A stretch of DNA of 64,000 bases from assembly GCA_965287045.1 (NCBI GenBank), contig OZ336883.1, positions 15,872,001-15,936,000 of the forward strand. Direction: 5' to 3'. A program made the translations under genes and the position numbers. Shown here in pieces: positions 11,931-23,334 of this stretch; position 1 is the stretch's first letter, and the number at the start of each line of letters is the position of its first letter. Source of the stretch: Carcharhinus amblyrhynchos. Its lineage: Eukaryota. The notes beneath the pieces are model-generated. The model was not told where the DNA came from. It worked only from the letters and a program-made list of their open reading frames with translations, and did no database searches.

Positions 11931-12751
11931 ATTCTGATCGAAGAACTCCTGATAAAGTCGCAACAAACAACACACATTCTTCGGTATGGCAGCGTGCGTT
12001 TTGGTCACACCATTCCATCAACTGGCAGGCAATGCCAGTGCAGTTCATTCAATTAACGTTACCACTAAAGAACAAATTAATTGACATTATGAGCACCTCC
12101 AGAAAAGACTGAGTTAGCGGGAAAAAAATAGACTGCATGAAACTCTGACTGTAGCCGCACAACGTACATACTTTACGACTCTGATAACTCAACAGAACCC
12201 TTAGAAAGCAGCCTCTTTCTAAAATGTTCCTTGCGTAGCTTCTAAGGAACGCATCATAATAAAAGGCTGGCAATATTTTCGAAAAGACTGAAATATGAGA
12301 ATACGGAAAGGTTGCAACATAATCTGTGGGTTCAGATGACGTTAAAACACTTGAGTTTTTGTTCCTGCAATTGGATAATAAGCTTGAACCTTTTGATTAT
12401 CCTGTGGCCATTGAACTGTTTCTCTGTTTATCTGCTTCTTAACTGGTGAATAGATGTGCATTGTAATGCTTTTGTTTTAACAATGCAATTCTCTTTTTTA
12501 AATGCTCCCGTGCCACCTTCCCAATTAGGGACAGAAGGAGTTAAATGATTATGCAGCAAATTAGAAAATTCATAATTTATCATTACACCCAGTCAAAATG
12601 CCACCCAGCTGAGTCGCACTCCTGCAAAAACGAGGAAGAGAAAGCACAGAGAATCTGTCAAAAAACTGCCACAGCCGACGGACAAAATTAATATGCAAAT
12701 GTATGCAAGAAATTAAAAAGCAGCATTACACAGGCAAATGAGGTAGCTACA

Positions 12752-12891
12752 NNNNNNNNNNNNNNNNNNNNNNNNNNNNNNNNNNNNNNNNNNNNNNNNN
12801 NNNNNNNNNNNNNNNNNNNNNNNNNNNNNNNNNNNNNNNNNNNNNNNNNNNNNNNNNNNNNNNNNNNNNNNNNNNNNNNNNNNNNNNNNNN
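12752..12891. other. Assembly gap (140 N)
   Basis: Run of N. Confidence 1.
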
Positions 12892-13464
12892 CTGGTGTCT
12901 CTCGGTAATGAAGCACGCGTGCCCGGAATTTGCAGAAAGATCAGAGGCACCAGGGTGCCAGGGTAAAAAAAAAATTGACAGTGCCATTGCATCCCCTTGC
13001 ACCAACCCCCTCCCCCTCCTACCCCATGCACACTTCAGTGCCATCACATCTCCCCTAAACTATCAAAGGGACCTATTTCTGTCAACCATCGCGTACAAGT
13101 CTAATTTATGATGCTATCCGCAGATGAGTAAGAATCTCGTGATCTGCTGTGATGTGCCACATATCTTCTGAGTGGATGCACTCTGTCCTGTGTTGGTTTC
13201 AACAATTACCAGCCACCTTGAACTCCCAAAACGGTGCGTGAGGTTTGCGGAACTGCTGTGGCCTGATGATTGAACTGCGAGGAAGATCCTAGGATTCTTG
13301 CTCTGGGAGCCTTCCACAAAAACAATTCATTGTGGTGTCCATTGAAGGAATGATGGCACAGATTGTAGATTTTGATGTCTGTTTCTGACAAGTTGGCTGA
13401 GCCTACTACACCTGTGATTATGAGGGCTTAATGTTGGCTTGCATTTTATTAATCCAAAATCTTT

Positions 13465-13740
13465 ACATAGAATTTAGATTTCAGAAATGGGGCTTTTGGC
13501 CCAATGTGTCTATTCTGGAGTTTAAGCTACACAGGAACCTCCTCCCCCCACCCCCACACCATTTTATTTGACCCTACCAGCATATCCTTCTTTTCCTTTC
13601 TCCCACACACACACACTTATTCAGCATCTCTTTAAATACAACTATGCAATTTACTTCAACCACTCCACATTGTAGAGAATTCCAGATTCAAGCCACTCCC
13701 TACGTTAAAAAAAAATCCTGACTTCTGTTTTGGATTTATA
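13465..13740 (-). mobile_element. Old CR1 3' tail fragment
   Basis: catagaa..ttttggcccaa... and agaattccagattcaagccactcc motifs, degraded. Confidence 0.5.
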
Positions 13741-13889
13741 TTCTTTTACTTGAGGGATTTAAAACTTTATATGCTATCTTTGCACTGAATATGAGCACCG
13801 TCCAATGAACATAAAATCATAGAATGCCTACAGTGCAGAAGGAGGCCATTCAGCCCATCAAGTCTGCACCCACTATCCAAAAGAGAATC

Positions 13890-14790
13890 TCCCTCAGTCA
13901 AAGCAGCTGAAGAGGAAATCATTAATGCTGGAGTGATTATAATTGGGTTGCTCCAGACAGTGGAATTAGAGGAACATTGATTTCTCAGGAGGATTATGGG
14001 GTTGGGGGTAAGTTGGATGCCAGGCCATAGAGGGACTTGAAAACAAGGACAAAAATTTTAAAATTGTGACATTGTTTAACAAGGACAGCAGAATTTTGGA
14101 TGACTTCAGGCTTACAGAGAGTAGAAGGTGGGATATTGGCCAAGAGCAGGCTAGAATCAACAATTTGAACGGTAACAAGTGTTGAGTGAGAGTTTCAGCG
14201 GCTGAGGCAGGGGTGGAGATAGGTAATACAACAAGAGGTAGAAGTAGATGGTCTTGCTGTCCACACATGTAAGACCCTAAGACATAGGAGCAGAATTACA
14301 CCACTCGGCCCATTGAGTCTCCTCTGCCATTTAAGCATGAGTGATTTTTTTTTTCTCATCCCCATTCTCCTGCTTTTTCCCCATAACCCCTGATTCACTT
14401 ATAAATCAAGAGCCTATCCATCTCTGTCTTAAAGACACTCAATGACCTGGTCAGCCTTCTGCAGCAAAGAGTTCCACAGGTTCACCACCCTCTGGCTGAA
14501 GAAATCCCTCCTCATCTCTGTATGTGATTGAAAGTTCATCTGAGAGTCAGATATGACCTTGAGGTCGTGAGCAGTGTGGTTCAGCCTGAAACAGTTGCCA
14601 GGGTCAGTGGCAAATGAGCAGATCTTGTGACTGGCACAGAGGACTCTGGCTTCAATCTTTCCAATGTTGGAAGGAGCGCCTGCTCATTCAGTACTGGATG
14701 TCGAATAAGCAATCTGACAATTTAGGGACGGTCCAGAGAGTGATGGTGGTGCTGGTGGTGAGGTAGATCTGGGTGTAATCAACGTACATG
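13890..14790 (-). mobile_element. L2-type LINE ORF2 fragment, interrupted by a CR1 3' tail at 14270-14521
   Basis: Minus-strand peptide PISTPASAAETLTQHLLPFKLLIL..LKSSKILL; RT-like gggtgtaatcaacgtacatg (YxDD region) near 14775; nested cataggagcagaatt CR1 tail. Confidence 0.7.
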
Positions 14791-14971
14791 AAGAAGTGAA
14801 TGAAACACCAGGCATTCATGGCCATATTGTCTTCTTCTCAAGCTGACAACTGGAGATCGTGGCATATTCCTCTTCCAAGAAAGAAATCTTCTCATCACTC
14901 AGCACTTGAGTTGAAAACCGACATTAAATTTATTCCTAGAAATTTCATCACATGACTTGCCCCACATGTCA

Positions 14972-15277
14972 GGGGAGGCGGTGGTGTAATGGTATTGTCA
15001 CTGGACTGGTAATCCAGAGGCCCAAGATAATGCTCTGGGGACCTGGGTTCGAATTCACCACAGCAGATAGTGGAATTTGAATTCAATAAAGATCTGGGAT
15101 TAAAACCATTGTCAATTGCCTTAAACGCATCTGGTTCACTGATGCCCTTCAGTGTCCTTACCTATACATGAGTCCAGAACCACAGCAATGTGGTTGACTC
15201 TTAAACGTCCTCAGGGGTGGGTAATAAATGCTAGTCTAGCCAGCGACAGCCACACCCCATGACCGAATAAATCAAAA
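14972..15277 (+). mobile_element. tRNA-derived SINE family B
   Basis: ggtggtgtaatggtattg head, ggttcgaattc B-box, family tail. Confidence 0.85.
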
Positions 15278-15309
15278 CACTCCAGCCATTATTCGGTCAG
15301 CATATTCAT

Positions 15310-15420
15310 CCTTGATGTGGAGATCAGCCCCTGATGAAGGAGCAATGCTCTGAAAGCTTGTGATTCCAATTAAACTTGTTGGACTTTGACCTGGTGTTGT
15401 GAGACTTCTTAATGTACACA
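15310..15420 (+). mobile_element. Penelope-like element 3' end (family 1) with a hammerhead motif at 15331-15359
   Basis: CTGATGA-A-GGAGC-AAT-GCTCT-GAAA-GC-TT then gttggact..cctggtgttgtgagacttctta, homologous to 23295-23392. Confidence 0.75.
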
Positions 15421-15574
15421 CCCATCCTTGTCACTGCCTTCTCATGCCAATTGGAAATTACCCAATTCATTACTCAATTGGATGATGCTTGACTGTGAGC
15501 CAAACAGCACTCCCTTCCCCATCCCATTTTCAATATTTTAAAATCTGACAAATAAAAGGGGGTGAATTTAAAAC

Positions 15575-15990
15575 CATTTATGGGATGTGAGTGTCGTTGG
15601 CTGGGCCAGCACTTACTGCCCATCCCTAACTGCCCTCTATTTCAGAAGACATTTAAGAGTCAACCATGTTGCCATAGCTCTGGAGTCATAGTAAGAAGTC
15701 TCACAACACCATGTGCCCACCCCAGTCCAACGCCGGGATCTCCATACCTGGAGTCATATGTAGGCCAGACCGGGTAAGGATGACAGATTTCCTTCCATAA
15801 AGGACATTAGTAAATCAGATGGGTTTTTACGCCAATCGACAATGGTTCCATGGTCATCGTTAGACTTTTAATTCCAGACTGAATTCAGATTTCACCATCA
15901 GCCAGGGTGGGATTTGAACCCAGGTCCCCAGAGCTTGCCCTGGGTCATTGAATTATCAGTCCAGTGACAATACCACTACACCACTCCCTC
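15575..15990 (-). mobile_element. tRNA-derived SINE family B with a 57-bp PLE insertion at 15691-15747
   Basis: Reverse complement of family B; the insert is flanked by ctggagtcata at 15680-15690 and 15748-15758. Confidence 0.88.
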
Positions 15991-16389
15991 CCCTGGCTCA
16001 GTTGGGACTGATCTATACTCTATAGTCATTGAACGACACTCAAATACCACTGTACATAAGAGGGTGACTGATGACTGGAGACTGGCCTCAGCAAGATTAT
16101 TATATCTACCGTTTAAATTCCATTTGAAATTGGTTTAACCCATTTCAGAGCAAGCTTGCCGCACAAGCCCTGTTTTGTCTATCGAAGCCTTGGCATTAAC
16201 CTGACAGTTTTGCTCAAGGATGGTTTGTGCAGCCTTGGAAAAGCAGCCCTGTTTTCCATTTCCTGCACCTAATGTGGTGGAGAAGCAAGCAAGCTTCACA
16301 CGGCGTTGAAGCACATCATACGCACTGTGGAAACACTCAGTGATGACTCAATGTTATCATCCCGTAAAGATGCACTTCCACCGACTTCA

Positions 16390-16516
16390 GGGGTGGGATT
16401 TTCCAGCCGTGCTGGCTCCAAAAGCGGAAAATCTGCCCGAGATCAACAAATCTTTTCATGGTCCGCCCCTCACCCACTACGATTCCAGTGGCACACAGGA
16501 CAGGAAAGCTCCCCCC
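16390..16516. mobile_element. ~125-bp MITE with GGG(C/T)GGGATTTTCC-type TIRs
   Basis: Related copies at 19478, 21563, 30432, 33040 and 59613. Confidence 0.65.
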
Positions 16517-16527
16517 TCCCCCATGAG

Positions 16528-16678
16528 TGAACGTAAAATATATTTATTAATAAGAATTGTATGGCTATAGCTAGCTCCCGAAAATGTCTCTGCCTCGGAG
16601 CCTTCCTCACCCTGGGGTGATCCCACACTCACCCCAGGCCAAGTGGCCATGTTGCCCTTAAAGGGCCAGTCACCACAC
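16528..16678 (-). mobile_element. Probable short solo LTR
   Basis: Minus strand starts TGTGGTGACTGGCCCTTTAAG and has AATAAA near its end; start resembles the LTR at 53277. Confidence 0.4.
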
Positions 16679-17263
16679 ATCTCCAGCACTAATACCCTCT
16701 TGCTACAAGAGTGCAAAATTCATGTGAAATAATAGTCATGATCCCTACCGATTAGTCACACTGGGTCTGCCAAGTAGAAATAGAATGTAGATTCACAGAT
16801 TTGGGGTGGTGGTGGGGTGGGGGGATGGGGGAGCAAAATACGTAAAATGGCTGTGGATGGGAGGAAAACAACTATGTTTGAGTTCGTATCGCCTGATCCA
16901 CTACGTCTTGTCCCCATGCTCGTGCCTCATGCTGGGATTGCAGCACGGGAGGAGGCCATTTGGCCCATTATCTGCTTCTTGCAAAAGCTATTCAATTAGT
17001 CTCCTGCTCATCACCCCCCCCCCCCACCCCCCCCTCCTTGGCTGCATTATTTCCTCCTACTTATCCAAAGGTCAGGTTGAATTTGCGCAGATGGCTGAGC
17101 CCTCCTTACCTGTGTAACAACGGATGTGTGCTGCTAACGATTTTTTTTCATATCTCTACACCCGACAGCTCTCATTTTTTCTTGTCCCCTTGCCAAACTT
17201 TTTGATACAGAAAATCTGTTCTGGAAAATTCTCTTTCCTTTCCTGCATATTTCCTCACTTGCA

Positions 17264-17282
17264 CGTGCGCCAGATGGCGCCG
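17264..17282 (+). promoter_or_regulatory. CTCF-like motif / E-box in unique CpG-rich DNA
   Basis: cgtgcGCCAGATGGCGCcg resembles the CTCF core CC(A/G)CCAG(A/G)(T/G)GGCGC; adjacent CACGTG. Confidence 0.4.
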
Positions 17283-18206
17283 CGCTTTGTGTCAAAAGAT
17301 AACAAGAGCGGCTTTAGTCAGGGCCTGGTACCCAAGCTATTAAAGTGAGGAGAACGGCAATCAAGCATTAACGAAGGGCTATTCTAACACCTTATGACAT
17401 AAGTCAATGGAGGATTGCACCATCATAAGCTGCCAGAAGGTCATTATTACAAGTTTTTTTTTCAAAGAGCAGGAGCTAACAAGTAATAATGCACATTTTG
17501 AAAATGAACATATGGATTTATGCAGCGTTTGCCTTTAGCAGGCCCCAAAATGTAGGTCTATGTAAAATCCACATCAAGGCTGCTCTGCTACTAGGCCCCT
17601 GGGGGATGAGACGCACACTTCCAGCTTTATAATCACAAAGTTCTGAAAAGCCTTATTTTATTCCCTTCTACCTTGGTGCAACTGGGAGAATAAAACCGAT
17701 AAGATCACATATTGACTTAGATCATAATTTCATCCTGTTACAAGAAGGTGTTAATGTGAGAAAGTGCAGGCTTCTAACATGCTGCACTAAGGGTGAAATT
17801 AGGCAACGTGCTAATGATATTCAGTGTGCTCAGCATTGAAAATATGAATAATTGAGGAAAATTGTATGTTTGAATCAGGATTATATATTCAAGTGTTATG
17901 CCTGGATCAGAAGCTCTATGCAACGGCAGTGAATAGGAAGTGATTTGGTACATTAGAAATCTACTCTTGGACCAGGTTAAGTGTTTCTGCAGCCAGCTGT
18001 ACTACTAGCATCCCACTGTTCACAAGTTTCTTCGTGGCAGTGGGCCCCCTGCGCTGGATACTGAATTTTTAATAAATGGACTCTGCAACAATCCAAGTCA
18101 GTTATTTTTACACTGGTACATTGCCAGTTCCCCCCTATTCTCCCACTCACTCCCCCCACCCCACCACCTCTCTGTTTCTCCTTCCTTTCATGCTTACGTT
18201 TATCAT

Positions 18207-19000
18207 CTCAGCTGAGGCTCAGTGGGCAACACTCTAGCTCCTGCGTCTGGAGGCTACGGGTCAAGTCAGAGACTTGGTCGCACTATTTGCTCTAGAGCAG
18301 TCTTGAGGGAGTGCTGCATTATCAGAGGTGCTAGCCTCTGAACGAAACATCTGCCCTGTCAGCTGGACCAAAGACACCCAGAGGGTCAAAGGAGAGTTGA
18401 GGAGTTCTCATTGGCGTCTGGGCCAAAATCAATCTCCAATCTCTCATCCCATCACATTTTCCATCCATTGATTCTGTCTACACTTCCCGTTGCCTCGGAA
18501 AAGCAGCCAGCATAATTAAGGTCCCCATGCACCCCAGAAATACTCTCTTCCACCTTCTTCCGTCAGGAAAAAGATACAAAAGTCTGAGCTCAAGTACCAA
18601 CCAACTTCAAGAACAGCTTCTTCCCTGCTGCCATCAGACTTTTGAATAAACTTACCTTGCATTAAGCTGATCTTTTTCTTCACCCAACCTGTGACTGTAA
18701 CACAACATTCTGCACTCTCTCCTTTCCTTCTCGATGAACAAGTGTGCTTTGCCTGTACAGTGTGCAAGAAACAATATTTTTCACTGTATCCCAATACATA
18801 TGACAATAATAAAATCAAATTAAATCAATAAACAGATGAACAGGTTATTAGCTCATTTGCTAACTATGGGACCTTCTTGTGCCTAAAATTAGCTGCTGGG
18901 TTTCCTACATTGCAACAATGAGTACACCTCAAAATTATTCCGGTGCTTTAAAGTGCTTTGGGATGTTCTGAAGTCATGAAACAAACACTAGTCCTTTCTT
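18207..19000 (+). mobile_element. SacSINE1-like DeuSINE (18207-18440 and 18830-19000) split by a Rex1/Babar fragment
   Basis: ggctcagtgg head; tgagggagtgctgca..agaggtgc; Deu-domain-like aaattagctgctgggtttcctacattgcaacaatgagtacac; L2-like tail aaagtgctttgggatg. Confidence 0.7.
18445..18825 (+). mobile_element. Rex1/Babar-clade LINE 3' end
   Basis: Encodes PSIDSVYTSRCLGKAASIIK.P.HP....FHLLPSGKRYKSL..KNSFFPAAIRLLN; ends gacaataataaaatcaaat. Confidence 0.85.
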
Positions 19001-19477
19001 TTTTACTTTTTCTTTTGTCTTTCATTATATTTTTCAGTCTTCTTTTCACACAGCACTTGAGTATTGTAGACTAAAGAGTTAATTCTAACGCTACTCCAAA
19101 AATAACCACTGAGCACGTGCAGAAGGTGGTAATGACGTCACTCAGAGAATGACAAGTAAGAAGAACCTAAGAGAGGAATAGTAACTCTGTCCTGATGTTC
19201 TGTAATCTTAGTTACGCTTAGTTACGTTAATCAAAGTACTTTTAAGGAAAGATCTTTGTTTCCAGCTCAATCTCCTTCTAAAGGAAGGCACTCAAGATTC
19301 CAAGAAAATCCAACAATAACAGATGGTGACAGCAGTGATTACACCCACAGAGAAACGGTTAAAAAAGAGCGGAAAGCTGATTGAAGAGAAGCCTAACAGC
19401 AGTAGGTGGAGGGCTTTGAGACCAGCTTGGTCATCAGGCCAGAGAAAGAAACCTACTGAAGTCAGCAAAAAGATAGC

Positions 19478-19596
19478 GGGCGGGATTTTCCGACAGCATT
19501 CATGCCAAAGCCGGAAAATCCTGCCAGAGGTCAACGGACATTTGCAAGATCCACCCATCCCCCCACCATGGCGAGCAGGGTGGGAAAATTCCCCCC
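19478..19596. mobile_element. MITE nested in Gypsy
   Basis: TIRs gggcgggattttcc / ggaaaattcccccc. Confidence 0.7.
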
Positions 19597-19937
19597 GGTG
19601 AACTTTGAAGACAATGTCTGCAAGGCTTCTAAAAAATTGGAAACTGCACACCACAGCATACTATAACGCAGATGTGAAATCGATTTGTCTATTCACACTG
19701 TGGAAGATCCCACATCCACTTCTAAAATGGGCAAGGAGTGCGATTGAGGCAATGATTCAATAAGGGTTATGTCGCCAGTCGTTAAGCCAACCAGGTGGTC
19801 TTTTGTAATACTGCCAATTCCAAAATCAAATGGCTCCATCTGAATCCTCATTGTCTGATGTTATTGACTGATGGATATTTGGAACGAGAAAACTTTCCAA
19901 TGAATTGATAGAACTTAGCCAAATTCACAAAGTTTTA

Positions 19938-20232
19938 AATTTATTTATTAGTGTCACAAGTAGGCTTAAATTAACACTACAATGAAGTTACTGTGAAAAT
20001 CCCCTAGTCGCCACACTACGGCACTTGTTCGGGTACACTGAGGGAGAATTTAGCATGGCCAAGCACCTAATAGCACATCTTTCAAATTGTGGGAGGAAAC
20101 TGGAGCACCCGAAGGAAATCCACGCAGGGGAGAACGTGCAGACTCCGCATAGGCAGTGACCTAAGCTGGGAACCGAACCCAGGTCCTTGGTGCTGTGAGG
20201 CAGCAGTGCTAACCACTGTATCACAGTGCCAC
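19938..20232 (-). mobile_element. V-SINE tail-2 inserted in Gypsy RT
   Basis: Full-length reverse copy; RT coding resumes on both sides. Confidence 0.9.
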
Positions 20233-21562
20233 CCTACAGAGTACAATCCTTACCAAATTTGATGTAAATAGCAGATTCTGGCAATTAACCCGAGTTAAAA
20301 CATCTAAGAACCTTCATAACACCCATAACAGGGTTTCAGACATCTGCCTTCCAGCATCATGTCCACATCAAAGCTTTTCCAAAGGACAATGTCCAACATG
20401 CCAGCAGGTGTGGAAAGCATTATATGCCACATAGGTAACATTTTAATCCATGGCTCAAGAAACGAAGACAATGACAAAAGAGTAAGAGAGGTATTAAAGA
20501 CACTGCAAGATGCTGCTTTAACACATAATGAGAAGTGTGAGTTATCCAATATTGCAATAAGATTCATATGTCAAATTATGCAGCTAAAAGGAATCACTGC
20601 TGACCTGTAGAATGCAAAAACCACAAAAGAATTCCTTCTGCCCAGGAATATCATTTAACTCAAAGGTTTATAGATATGGTCAACCAATTGAGATCATTCC
20701 AACCTCATTTAGCTCAAGTTAATGAACCTCTAAGTCAACTTTTGTGCAGGTGTGGCACTGGGCTAAGCATCAACAGGAAGCACTTGAGTGAATCCAAAAG
20801 CTATTGATTTCTTCAGAGATCTAAGCTCATGATGATCCCAAACTTCCAACTGCTGTAGTGGTAGATGCATCAACAACAGGGCTGGAGGTAATGTTGTTCC
20901 AGGACAAGAAGACTGATCTATAGTGTATCTAATTGAGACCAAACAGTGCTCTGCTGTCATAGAGAAAGAAGCCTTCTCAGTGAATTAAACATGTAAAACA
21001 AATTTCTGATGACATCTTGTGCCTACAGTTCTAGATGAAAATTGATTATATCCTGCTGGACACAAAGGAAATTGCAAATCTAAAGGTTCATACTGAGGCT
21101 CATGTCATTCAATGCTATTAGAGTACATGTAAGTTAAATACCAAACTGCTGCCAACACTCTATCACAGATAATCGCCAAACACCCAGAACAACAAGTTAA
21201 AACTCTCATTAAGGTCATTGAGCCCTTCACAACTTTATTCACTCAATACTTGCCAGCAACAGAGCAGACGTTGCAAGAACTTCAAGATGTGTGAAGGAGA
21301 AATTAAGAATGCGTGCAGATTCACACAACTGCCTTGATGGATGGTAACAATATGTTCCTGATAACATCATCCAGTGGCAGTACGTTGAACAGCATCACCA
21401 CTTCAGGCTTATAGATAACCTCTTTGTCTTTAGGCAACTGATGGTGCCACTTTACTTAGATGTCCTCCAGAAGATTCATCAAAGACATCGTAGTATCACT
21501 TAGTGTTGGGCCAGGGAAAACAGTCTGTACGGTGGACGGATATCTTAACCCTATTGAAGATA

Positions 21563-21700
21563 TGGGGCAAGATTCTTTGGCCATTCACTCCAGTGGGGTT
21601 CTCTGGTCCCGCTGCAGTGAACAGAGATTTGGCTGAGCGCTAAATTCTCTGCCCTCACTGGCAGTGGTGGCAAGATTTGAATGGCTTGAAAATTCCAGCC
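21563..21700. mobile_element. MITE nested in Gypsy integrase
   Basis: ggggcaagattct ... gaaaattccagcc termini; interrupts the integrase zinc-finger region. Confidence 0.6.
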
Positions 21701-23174
21701 ATGATGTTCAATTGTGTCACCTGTGTCATTCACAGACAGCAGCAGAAAGAGCCACGTCTACCCTTCTCCTCCCCATCCAAGCTGTGGGAACACTTTGGAA
21801 TTGGTTTATTCAAATTTGAAGGGAAAGTGTTTCTCAATGTTGGGGATTATTATTCCTGTTGGATTGAGGTGTAAATACTATGTGGCTTCACCTCTAGAGC
21901 CTCTCTGAAGAGGATGTTTTCCACACCTGGCATTCTGGACCTCTCTGACAATGGGCCACAAATCACCAATGAGTGTTTTCAATCCTTTGCAGCATCAGAT
22001 GGATTTGTCCATGTCACAAGTTCACCAAAGTACTTTCAGACCAACAGAGAGGCTGAGAGAGGGATACATACCATTAAAGGCCTTCTCAGAAAAGAATGAG
22101 AACTTTGAGCAAGCCCTCAATTATCAGTGTACCCCATTGCAATATGGTTTTGCCTCATGCGAGCTTTTGAAGGGCCACAGGCTAAGAGCACAATTTCCTT
22201 TCCTTCCTCAACTGTTGATACGAAACGTCATAACAGTTGTTGTGTAAGACAGAGGAAAGAAAGTTACAGAGCAGGTCAAGATCACACTTTCACCCAATAG
22301 TGCAAGGCTCTCAGCCTTTCCACTCTTGAAAAGAGAGGGGTAGTGTGGATTAGAGAGCAGCAGTGAGAAAGTAGTATAATGGAAAATATACAACAATCAA
22401 GTTTGGCTCTAGTCTGGATAGAAACAGGCATCATCTGAAGGAGCAGGAGTACTTTGTTTACAATCAACAGGAAACCATTAACAAGTGGGCTGCTTATCCT
22501 GAACCTCAGGAGACCATCATCCCTGTAGAACCATTAATGAGGGAAAGAAGGAGTGACAACCCTCAGAGAGTGAGTTTGGAGTGAACAGCTCTGCAACAAC
22601 TCAATAAGATTTCCACGCATGTTCTGGGAGATAGGTGAAACCATCACAGAGATGAATCCCTTAAAAAGGGGAGACTGTGGAAGGAGATGTAAAATAATGT
22701 ACCCCTAATAATGTCGGGATAAAGACTTGGGAGGAGGTTAGAGTAAGGATTAGCACCGGATACCAAGCGTTTGGTATCAACCACTGTGCCACTCTGCCGC
22801 CGACCTTCAACTTTAAACTTTAAACTTTAGCTCAACCATCACTCTAATAATAACTACTGAACATGCGCATAAACCGCTTTGTCAAAATTATGACACTCAG
22901 GGAGAGCTGAATGATAAGAATCTAAGAGAGGGGCGGTCGCTCTTCTGAATGTAGTTCATTATGTTAATAAAAGTACTTTTAAGGTAAGATCTTTGCCTCC
23001 GGCCAAATCTCTTACAAAAGTAAGGCACCCAAGGTCTTCCAAGATAACCCAACGGCAACAGAGGCATGAGGAGAAAAATAGGATGAATAACATGTGTCCC
23101 TGCCCCTACTCAGTTTACACAGTAAAAAGTCTGACAACACCAGGTTTTAGTCCAACCGATTTATTTGATAATAG

Positions 23175-23214
23175 ACTCACAAGCTTTCGAGGTTTCCCTC
23201 TTCGTCAGGTGAAT
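23175..23214 (-). ncRNA. Mirror copy of the hammerhead ribozyme motif
   Basis: Exact reverse complement of 23295-23334 in the left palindrome arm. Confidence 0.75.
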
Positions 23215-23294
23215 GGAGAGTTCTGGCCTCAGACAGAGCATATAAAGCACAGACAGCTTAGTTTTATATGCTCTGTCTGAGGCCAGAACTCTCC

Positions 23295-23334
23295 ATTCAC
23301 CTGACGAAGAGGGAAACCTCGAAAGCTTGTGAGT
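23295..23334 (+). ncRNA. Minimal type-I hammerhead ribozyme motif (PLE type)
   Basis: Stem I AUUCAC/GUGAGU, core CUGACGA(+A), stem II GAGG-GAAA-CCUC, GAAA, palindromic AGCU helix III, CUU cleavage triplet. Confidence 0.75.

Larger units (their letters stand above)
19690..22250 (+). pseudogene. pol: Gypsy pol remnant (RT-RNaseH-integrase), multiply frameshifted
   Basis: PHPLLK..IEAMIQ.GVMSPV.KPT.W; TKFDVNSRFWQL; SIICHIGNILIHG (decayed YxDD); VVDAS; IEKEA; WEHFGIGLF..VGDYYSCWIEV; SDNGPQ..HVTSSPKY.QTNREAER. Confidence 0.88.
19065..23060 (+). mobile_element. Decayed two-LTR Gypsy retrotransposon with nested MITEs and a SINE
   Basis: 5' LTR 19065-19321 (TG..CA), PBS tggtgacagcagtg 19324-19337 (tRNA-Leu-like), PPT ~22721-22737, 3' LTR 22738-23060 homologous to the 5' LTR, pol remnants between. 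Confidence 0.85.

Noticed and set aside
12688-13047. ORFs spanning 12.7-13.0 kb
   Set aside because: Artefacts of translating through the N gap
19059-23066. TSD for the Gypsy provirus
   Set aside because: Flanks (gagtat / gaggca) do not give a clean duplication
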